From: Macrostomum lignano | Taxonomy: Eukaryota | Assembly (NCBI GenBank): GCA_002269645.1 | Contig: NIVC01005030.1 | Coordinates: 1 to 28,228 of the forward strand | Reading direction: 5' to 3' | Length of the DNA: 28,228 bases | In this document: one piece after another, positions 11,051 to 19,869 of the stretch | Layout: each line of letters starts with the position of its first letter | How positions within the stretch are numbered: position 1 is the stretch's first letter | Made by a program: the position numbers and the translations under genes | The notes under the pieces: model-generated | Database searches by the model: none | Told to the model about the DNA's origin: nothing | The model's input: only the letters and a program-made list of their open reading frames with translations

Positions 11051-11846
11051 CACAGCTGACCCGTCGCTTCTGCCGCCACGATTTGATCATCTCCTGCTGC
11101 AGCCGGGTCGCCTCGCGAACGTCCATCACGTCGTCCATCGGATCGTCTTGGTGCGGCGGCGACAGGGCCTCGTCGGAGGAGGCCTGGTCTCCCGTCACCA
11201 CCGGGTTGGGCAGCGAGGAGGCAGCCGCGGCGGCGGCAGCGGCTACCGCGGCCGCGGCTGCTGAAGAAGCCGAAGTGCCTGTCGATGCCGCCACCGACGA
11301 CTGCTGCTGGGTGCGGGCGGCGTTGGCAGACTGGAGACTTGATGCCGACGAGGTCAGCGGCAACGGCGCCGCGGCCGCCGCCGACCAGTTTGTAGCGCAG
11401 GCGGCGTGCATCGAGGATGTCAGCGGCCCCGCCAGGCTACTGCTCGCGGCTGCTGCAGCTGCGGCGGCGGCAGCTGCGGCGGCGGCTGCTGCAGCGGCTG
11501 ATGGAGTTGAATTCTGTGACTGATGCTGCATCAGCGAGCTCATATTTGCTGAGTTGCTGAAGTTATAAGCCTGATGCTGATGCTGCTGGTTGTGATGAGG
11601 CTGCTGCTGTTGATGATGCTGGCTAGGGTGCAGTGGGTGCTGCTGCTGCAAAGGAAGCTGATGAAGCGCGCCGGGATGCTGCACGCACAGGCTGCAGAGA
11701 CAGGGCCCAGCTGACGGATGCTGCTGGTGCTGTGAAAACAGCAGGTGATGCGGCTGAGCCGGAAACTGGTACTGCGGCTGATTGGCGGCCAGGAAACCTG
11801 CACCGGAAATGGGGCTCCAGGAGGACGTGCTAGACATGGCTGCCAT
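11051..11846 (-). CDS. Cdx: Cdx/caudal homeobox protein, coding exon 1 (N-terminal low-complexity region, poly-Ala/His/Gln)
   Basis: ATG at 11846 with an in-frame TGA 9 nt upstream. The ORF is open to ...TGT G|gtgagt (donor at 11050). The phase-1 junction joins the homeobox exon in frame (G|AG = Glu). 796 nt. Confidence 0.85.
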
Positions 11847-12238
11847 TTGCTTTCAGTCAGTGATGAAGAGCTTTTGTTAATTGGGGGAAAACTTTGTATA
11901 ATTAGAAGTGTCAACAAGGCGGGGAGTTGCGGAGCAAAGAGAAATTGATCCACAAACCACAATCCAACTGGATATTAACAGGTAGCGGCCAGGTAGTTGA
12001 GTTTGTTTTCTCTGCCTTTTCGCTCTCTCTCTCTCTAACTTGTCTTTCTTCTTTACACAGAGACGCCGACACGGAGCGAGTTGACTGTTTCTATATATTA
12101 AGTGAGTGAGACCACTTCAAGTTCTGCGCTCTTGGGCGGCGGGACCACCTATTTTAACACCCCCCCGCTGTGAGAGTGGGGTGTGGGGTTTCGGAGTCAG
12201 AAATTAGAGGGAGGAGGTGCAGGACGGAGGTGGGGCGG

Positions 12239-12322
12239 CGGTGGCGGCGGCGGCAGCGGCGGTGGCGGCGGCGGCAGCGGACAAGAACAGAAGATCAAAG
12301 GAAGCCGCTCGGACGCTATTGG
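12239..12322. promoter_or_regulatory. Putative Wnt-response/promoter module of Cdx: TCF/LEF site, Helper sites and CCAAT box
   Basis: AGATCAAAGG at 12292-12301. Duplicated 21-mer cggtggcggcggcggcagcgg (12239-12280) holding several GCCGCCR on the minus strand. AGCCAATAG on the minus strand (ATTGG at 12318-12322). About 450 bp 5' of the ATG; TSS unknown. Confidence 0.5.
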
Positions 12323-12529
12323 CTCCGCGCGCTGGGTATGAGGGGGGGGGAGGGGAGGGGAGGGAAGGGCAAGACTGGAGCGCGGCCCTCTAAACTATGA
12401 GAGTATCAGTGGCATTATGAGGTGGCGTGGCTTTTTGACCGCCGGCCCACCTTTTCCTGGACTTGACTCTCTCCCCCTCTCTCTCTCTCCACCCCCTTTC
12501 TCCCTACCCCCCACCCAAGCGCCGGAGTC

Positions 12530-12547
12530 CGTTTGATCTCTGCCGCC
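12530..12547 (+). promoter_or_regulatory. Second putative TCF (CGTTTGATC) + Helper (GCCGCC) pair
   Basis: CGTTTGATC at 12530-12538 followed 3 bp later by GCCGCC at 12542-12547. Confidence 0.35.
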
Positions 12548-13009
12548 TCATTAACAGACGAGTTTGCGGACCAGTGGCCCAGTGCTAGACTGCTAAAGCT
12601 AGGCTTGGGGAGGCCTGCCCGCCGGCGTATAACTGGCTAGGAGCTGATTCAGCCAACCAAAAAAGGGCAGTTCTTCTAAAACCCTTCTAAAGCTGGACTA
12701 TTGGAATTCTCCGCCCCCGGGTCCCGTTGTGTGTGTGTGTTGGTCTTGGACCCCCTGTCGGTTTTATATCACCTTTGGTTGGAGCCAGTGGAAGCCAAGC
12801 CTTGGGATTTGGCACAGCGCTAGAGAGGGGTTGAGGGGTGCAGCTGTAAGCAACTGCATCCCCTTCCAAGTTCCTTTCAAGTTCCTTGAAGCCAAGGGGA
12901 ACTAAAAAAGGCCTTAAAATTCCCCGACGTTACAGAGTACTTACAGACTAAAGACAAGAAGACCTCCCAAATTTATACTATTGCACTGGACTCTAAAAAG
13001 CAGCTGAAA

Positions 13010-13504
13010 TCCGAATGACACGCCTGAACTTCAAATGACACACTTGGAATCCGAATGAAATAACCGGAATCCGAATGAAACAACCGGAATCCGAATAACA
13101 CACCTGGAATCCTAATGACACATCTGAACTTTTAATGACACACCTGGAATCATAATGGCACGCACACCTGGAACCCTAATGACACACCTGGAATACTAAT
13201 GACACCTGGAATCCCAATGGTACACCTGAAATCCTAATGACACACCTGGAATCCTAATGAAACACCTGAAAACTGGAATCCTAATGACACACCTGAAAAC
13301 TGGAATCCTAATGACACACCTGAAAACTGGAATCCTAATGACACACCTGAAAACTGGAATCCTAATGACACACCTGAAAACTGGAATCCTAATGACACAC
13401 CTGAAAACTGGAATCCAAATGACACACCTGAAAACTGGAATCCTAATGACACACCTGAAAACTGGAATCCTAATGACACACCTGAAAACTGGAATCCTAA
13501 TGAC
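13010..13504. repeat. Minisatellite: degenerate ~20-bp units grading into a near-perfect 27-bp unit (ctggaatcctaatgacacacctgaaaa)
   Basis: The 27-bp periodicity gives the MTHLKTGIL repeat ORF; the array ends exactly where mariner sequence begins. Confidence 0.96.
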
Positions 13505-14208
13505 GTTAGGTTTGCCGAGTTTCGCAGTGGCCGAGCGTCGCTTGAAGACGCAGCCCGGCCTGGGCGTCCTGTGACTGTGACTGCCACGTCGGATGCGGAC
13601 GCAGCTGCTGTGCAGCAGCTGGTGGACGAGGACTCACGAGTGACGGTACAGCAAATAGCCACTGTCCTGGGTAACTCATCGGGAAGTGTCACCACAATGC
13701 TGCACAAGCGGTTGTGCCTGAGCAAGGTGTCCTCACGATGGGTCCCCCATCACCTGACTGAGGGTTGAATGGTGCCGCTCCATGCTGCGCAGGTTCAACG
13801 GCGGCAGCTCAAACTCGGTGTCTGAGGTCGTGAGAGACCTGGGTGTACAGCTACGACCCTGAGTCCCAGCAGCAGTCGGCGCAGTTTCTGCAGCAGCAGC
13901 GAGTGCAGCAGCTCGGCCACTCGCCGTACAGCCCTGACCTCGCACCGTGCGACTTCTTCGTGTTCCCTGCGGTAAAGCGGCAGCTGAAAGGAACTCGATT
14001 TGAGTCGCCAGAGCAGGCTGTGCAGGCCTTCTGTGAGCGACTCGAGGGGATCCCGCATTCCGAGTGGTGCAGCTGCTTTGTCACTTGGTTTACGAGGATG
14101 CAGAAGTGCATCGATGCTGCTGGGGACTACTTTGAGAAGTAGCGCACTGGGTTTTAGTTCTTGCTGCTAGTAGCCAGTCGTGTCCGGAAATTTATTGAAC
14201 CCCCCTCG
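13505..14208 (+). mobile_element. Decayed, 5'-truncated, internally deleted mariner (DD34D) transposon
   Basis: Fragments encode FAEFRSGRASLED..RPGRP (HTH region), SRWVPHHLT (WVPHEL motif), ETWVYSYDPE, HSPYSPDLAPCDF (YSPDLAP motif) and W..RMQKCIDAAGDYFEK*. A stop at 13766-13768, frameshifts and a deletion remove the first two catalytic Asp regions. The right end reads ...aaatttattgaacccccctcg|TA (TA at 14209-14210). No left TIR was found. Confidence 0.92.
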
Positions 14209-15759
14209 TAATTGACCGCTGGTTTAGTCAGTGCAGCCACGCGGCTAAACGCCGAACAATTTCTGATAGAATATTTAGGGATATTCACAGAGATTTCACT
14301 AGAAGCTACCCATATTTTACAATATCAGAAAAAGCAGCAAACCTATGGGTGAAATTAATAGCGTGGCTGCTGCATACATAATCATAATTTTTGGAATATA
14401 TAGCTTCATCAGCAGGAGCGCTGAGGCGATGGGGATGTGTATATAGGAAAAATTCTGAACGGGATTTTCGCACAGATTAAATCCAAAAACTAATCCCAGA
14501 AGCTCAAATTGGATTAAGGAAGCAATATATTGAAGCATCACTTTTTACGACGCAACTCTCTCCTCCCCTCCCGTTACTGTCCCCCTCCCCCCCAATAAAC
14601 AGTAATTAATTCTTGCATTTACAGCGCTATAAAATCAACACAGCCGTTTGCGCGGTGCAGCGCCTGAGCTCTCAATCCTTCCCGTTAATCCTTGCCGTCC
14701 TCGTTGACACTTCGGCTTTGGCCGCGGCTAGACTTGTATGGAAGGGACTTGGTAGCTAAGGACGCCTGGGGAACACTTGAAAAGGTACCAGTAGTTGCTA
14801 GCCCTAGAAGAGATTCCAAACGGGTTGCTAACGACACTAGAGCAGGTACCGATCGAGCCTCGAGCCTCGGGCCTCTAGAGGGGTTCCAATGGGTTCTGTA
14901 ATCCTGCAGTGTGTGGGATTCTGTAATCTTGCAGTGTGCGGGTACAGAATTATAGAGATTTTTTACCCCAGCTGAGTATACAAGCAGCTCTATAATAGGA
15001 TTATAACAAATTCCAAATCTGCATTCAGAAGCGCAAGATAAAATTATTTGCAAAATTTCATACGCAACAAGCCTACAAGTTCGAACAAGAGCATACAGCT
15101 GCTATCAGGAGTTATGCAACAATTGAAAAAGAATTTCATAGATCAAGTGACGTCTATGTAAGTGCAGGGCAATCAATATGGTTTAGAATACTCAAAGCTT
15201 TGAGCGGGTATGCATACAACATGCACATCGAGTTCATCTCCTCAAATCTGAATCAAGCTTAGTTTCACTTGTTATCGAAATTAGCTTGATATCAACTGAC
15301 AATGGAGGCAGATTACCTCTACAGGAAGGAAGGTTTGTGTGTATGCACATTTCTGTTCCAGATAAACAGTTCCGAATTCAGACTCCAGACTCCGCGATGA
15401 CGATTCACAGTTTCACAAAGGTAAATAAAAATAGATCTCTAAATGCGCATATACTCGTAGCGGATCACCGGCCCAGCGCTACGTAGTGCGATTATAGAAA
15501 GCATGATGAAATGAAAATGAGTACACGAATGTTTGATCGAATTTTCCTACCGCAAGTGACGCAATGCAATTCACACCCGCACGCCCCGCGGTTTTCATCT
15601 CGTCTTAACTGTGGGCGATGTAATTTGCGTCCCAAGGCCCTGGCTTAGGCCGAGGAGGAGAGAGTGGAACGCTATGGCCACAGTTGGATTAAAGTTGCCC
15701 CCTGTTGACCACTGCATGCTTTCGGCGTTGGAAAAGAGAAAATGCGAAGTCAAAAAGGA

Positions 15760-16800
15760 AAGATGAGATGGCAGGAGAAGAGAAGAAAGGTGAGGAGAGG
15801 GGAGTTAAGTTAACATTGCTAACAGACGAGAGGGGAGGACTCGAGGAGAATAGGGAAGAGGAGTCGGGAAAGAAGAGTAGAGAAGGGGAAGAGGGGAGAG
15901 GAGAAGATAGGAGATGAGAGGAGAGGGGGGAGAGGGGAAGAGAAGAGAGAAGGAGAGAGGAGAGAAGGGGAGAGGAGAAAGAAGAGGAGAGAAGGGGAAG
16001 AGGGGAGAGGAGAAGATAGGAGATGAGAGGAGAGGGGGGAGAGGGGAAGAGAAGAGAGAAGGGGAGAGGAGAGAAGGGGAGAGGAGAGAAGGGGAGAAGA
16101 GGGAAGGGGAGAGGAGAGAAGGGGAGAAGAGGGAAGGGGAGAGGAGAGAAGGGGAGAAGAGAGAAGGGGAGAGGAGAGAAGGGGAGAAGAGAGAAGGGGA
16201 GAAGAGAGAAGGGGAGAGGAGAGAAGGGGAGAGGAGAGAAGGGGAGAAGAGAGAAGGGGAGAGAAGAGAAGGGGAGAAGAGAGAAGGGGAGAGGAGAGAA
16301 GGGGAGAAGAGAGAAGGGGAGAGGAGAGAAGGGGAGAAGAGAGAAGGGGAGAGAAGAGAAGGGGAGAAGAGAGAAGGGGAGAGGAGAGAAGGGGAGAGGA
16401 GAGAAGGGGAGAGAGAGAAGGGGAGAGGAGAGAAGGGGAGAGGAGAGAAGGGGAGAAGAGAGAAGGGGAGAGAGAGAAGGGGAGAAGAGAGAAGGGGAGA
16501 GGAGAGAAGGGGAGAAGAGAGAAGGGGAGAAGAGAGAAGGGGAGAGGAGAGAAGGGGAGAAGAGAGAAGGGGAGAGGAGAGAAGGGGAGAAGAGAGAAGG
16601 GGAGAAGAGAGAAGGGGAGAGGAGAGAAGGGGAGATATAAGAGAAGGGGAGAAGAGAGAAGGGGAGAGGAGAGAAGGGGAGATATAAGAGAAGGGGAGAT
16701 ATAAGAGGGAGAAGAGAGAAGGGGAGAGGAGAGAAGGGGAGATATAAGAGAAGGGGAGAAGAGAGAAGGGGAGAGGAGAGAAGGGGAGATATAAGAGAAG
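15760..16800. repeat. Homopurine 15-bp repeat (gag/gaa-gagagaagggga)
   Basis: Only A/G from 16025 to 16635 (611 nt); 15-bp period. Confidence 0.97.
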
Positions 16801-17670
16801 CCTTCTCACAGTCTCACTGTAGGAAGTTGCATTTTTGACACTCGTGAATGCAAAAGCGCCGACGTTGAGTACCAAATTTGGGATAGATTGGCTTTGGGCC
16901 TGGCTGATAGATAAGTAAGTAAAGCGAGCAAAGTATGCTCAACGCTCAACTCAGACTTGAGCACAGAGAGGCATGCAGTAGGTCATGGGGGACTCATACG
17001 TCAGGGTCAGGGCACTCAAATTTTCGATCGTTGAGCTTGAGCAGCCGTTCTTAAGCCATACCCCGCCGGCCCCCGCCAGAGAATTTTAAATTTTGAAAAG
17101 CTTCTGCTAGTACTAGCCTCTAGGGGAGTAGAAAATATAAATTTTATAGGTAGGTTAGGCAGGTAAGCGGCAAGGCAGGTCCAGAATCGGATGAATGGCT
17201 GCATATATGCTCGTATATGCTCCCCAGCCAGGGGAGGGGGCACAACACACCCACTCACACGAGGCAGAGTTTTTATGGCTTTATACGACCCGCGTCTGGG
17301 GGGGGGGCTGCACCATGGCGTCTCACAGGCAGCCCAGCTACACCCCCCTGTAGTTTAAGGCTTTGTGGCGGCTTTTGGACCCCCAGGTAGGGGTCATAAA
17401 AGTCTTAACGACTCCCGCATGAGGTCCTCTCTCCCAGTATGCTGCCGGGTTAGCTGCCTGTGTCCCTGCAGTGTCGCTCCTTGACTGGCTTTTAGTAGGG
17501 TTAGTTTTAGCAGCTAGTCTAGTAAGTGTATAATACTCGTAGAGATCGAAAGCGTTGTGTTTATGCATGTATTCGACGTTTTAAGTGCTCAAAATTATTA
17601 GCTATGAATTCTATCGATCTAATACTAAGACCTGAGTAGTTAGCACTATTAGGGGCAATTTCTATGTTAA

Positions 17671-18113
17671 GGATTGGCGATTCTTTCATTTCAGGGCGAT
17701 TTCCATCTTGTGGATAGGCGATTCTTTCATTGATTTCAGGGGCGATTTCCATCGTGTAGATAGGCGATTCTATCTCATTTCAGAGGCGATTTCCACCTTG
17801 TGGATTGGCGATTCTATCTCATTTCAGAGGCGATTTCCACCTTGTGGATTGGCGATTCTATCTCATTTCATAGTCGATTTCTATTTCGTGGATTGGCGAT
17901 TCTCTTTCATCTCAAGGGCGATTTCTATTTTGTGGATTGGCGATTCTCTTTCATCTCAAGGGCGATTTCTATTTTGTGGATTGGCGATTCTCTTTCATCT
18001 CAAGGGCGATTTCTATTTTGTGGATTAGCGATTCTCTTTTTATTTCAAGGGCGATTTCTATTTTGTGGATTGGCGATTCTCTTTTTATCTCAAGGGCGAT
18101 TTCTATTTTGTGG
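17671..18113. repeat. 44-bp minisatellite (ggattggcgattctctttcatctcaagggcgatttctattttgt), a dimer of ~22-bp subunits
   Basis: About 10 units; GGCGATT occurs twice per unit. Confidence 0.95.
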
Positions 18114-18869
18114 GTGATTCTCTGTTACATTGAAACATTTACTTTAAGAAACTTTTAACAATTAATATTTTAAATTTACTATCAAGTTTGCTGAATCGAA
18201 CACTGACTAGACTACTGAAATAAGAAAAGATTAGTCAGTAGTATAGTGAGGCAATGATCAGAAAATCTCAAAAGTGAAAATAGCACATTTTCAATTGAAG
18301 TGCTTATTTAACAGTTGAACATGCTCTCCAAATATAATATTTTGCCAGCTTTTTCATTGTATAATTGTACAAATAACAGGATGATACTACTTAGTTACAA
18401 CGAGTAGGCAGCTGAGAATTTTAATCATCGAATGCAAGTAGACAAGTAAATATCAGCTTATCTGAAATAAACAGCGCGCAGTCACGGTAAAGCTGATAAG
18501 AACGCACAAATTTTGGAATGGAAGACAAAAAATAAACAGAAGGTGAACAAACTAATCACAAATAGCAAGTATATAAAGCAACAACTTTTAAAGTCAGAAT
18601 ACATGACGAAATGAACAAACAAGTGCGAAAAACACTTAGTAAAAATTAAAATAAAGAAAGAAATCTTTCAGATTCATGTTTAATCGTAGATTCAACGGGG
18701 AAAATTCGATGCAAAATTCTCGCGCTAGAAAGGACTTAAGACAGGGTTCAGGGGTGGATTAGAGGTCAATATAAGGGTAGAGTAGAGACGAATTCATGCT
18801 AGATTAGAGATGATTTTGAGGGGATATTAAAGACGATTCTTAGAAAGATCAAATACGATTTTTAAGGGA

Positions 18870-19421
18870 AATCAGGGACGATTCTCAGTGGAGATTAGAG
18901 ACGACTCTCAGGGTAGATTAGAGACGACTCTCAGGGGAGATTAGAGACGAATCTCAGGGGAGATTAGAGACGAATCTCAGGGGGAGATTAGAGACGACTC
19001 TCAGAGGAGATTAGAGACGATTATCAGGGGAGGTTAGAGACGATTCTTAGCAAAGATTAGAGACGACTCTCAGGGAAGATTAGAGACGACTCTCAGAAAA
19101 GATTAGAGACGATTATCAGGGAAGATTAGAGACAATTCTTAGCGGAGATTAGAGACGACTCATAAGGGGAGATTAGACACAATTCTTAGCGGAGATTAGA
19201 GACGACTCTCAGGGAAGATTAGAGACGACTCTCAGGGGAGATTAGAGACGACTTTCAGGGGAGATTAGAGATGATTATCAGGGAAGATTAGAGACGATTC
19301 TTAGCGGAGATTAGAGACGACTCTCAAGGGGAGATTAGAGACGATTCTTAGCGGAGATTATAGACGACCCTCAGGGAGATCAGAAACGATTCTCAGGGGA
19401 GATTAGACGCGACTCTCAGGG
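18870..19421. repeat. 22-23-bp minisatellite (gattagagacgactctcagggga)
   Basis: Recurrent GATTAGAGACGA core; begins about 95 nt after the VPS26 stop in transcript orientation. Confidence 0.95.
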
Positions 19422-19516
19422 TAGATTGTATTCTCAGGTCATCAAGATTCTAAATTAACCGGTCTCGTAAAGTCGCAACCGCAATCGATAGCTAATGGAT
19501 AAATCAAAGATGAATA

Positions 19517-19813
19517 TTATTGATCATTGCTCTCTCCAGATTGGCTGCTACTATCATCGGAGTTGCCAGGTGAAACAGCAGCCTCATTATCGTTATTATT
19601 GTTGGCAGTGTTGGCCCCATCAGCATTGGCGGCACTGCGGCCGGAGGCTGCGGCTGGAGATTTGGCGCCGAAATGAGCCGAGCGGTGGTGAAAGTAGGAG
19701 CGATCGGGCTGCTGGTGAACTGGCTGCGCTGTGTCTGCGGACTGCGACTGATGCTGCTGCTCCTGGGCGATTCGGCGATGGCGATTTGGTCGACGGCGAA
19801 ATAGAGTGACTTC
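19517..19813 (-). CDS. VPS26: VPS26 last coding exon with low-complexity tail
   Basis: Acceptor atcgcag|GAA; EVTLFRR corresponds to the conserved EIILWRK that follows KQQ. 98 aa to TAA at 19519-19517. Branch-point-like CTCAC about 19 nt upstream of the AG. Confidence 0.88.
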   Translation of the reverse strand, partial: EVTLFRRRPNRHRRIAQEQQHQSQSADTAQPVHQQPDRSYFHHRSAHFGAKSPAAASGRSAANADGANTANNNNDNEAAVSPGNSDDSSSQSGESNDQ

Positions 19814-19869
19814 CTGCGATTGGGTAGGCGGTGAGCGGTGGCCGTTTTTTCGAGTACTCGTTGCTTATG

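Noticed and set aside
11007-11962. Overlapping ORFs on both strands around Cdx exon 1
   Set aside because: Shadow frames of a GC-rich poly-Ala/Gln exon; several start at non-ATG codons; no homology.
13234-14142. Intact transposase or separate small genes
   Set aside because: Repeat-derived frames plus broken mariner fragments; two of the three catalytic Asp regions are missing.
14685-15053. GC-rich CTAG-rich segment with 122- and 69-aa ORFs
   Set aside because: No recognisable protein motif, termini or splice context; unclassifiable from sequence alone.
15805-16875. 356-, 257- and 205-aa ORFs (SPLLS / REGE repeats)
   Set aside because: A homopurine repeat cannot contain stop codons in these frames; artefact.
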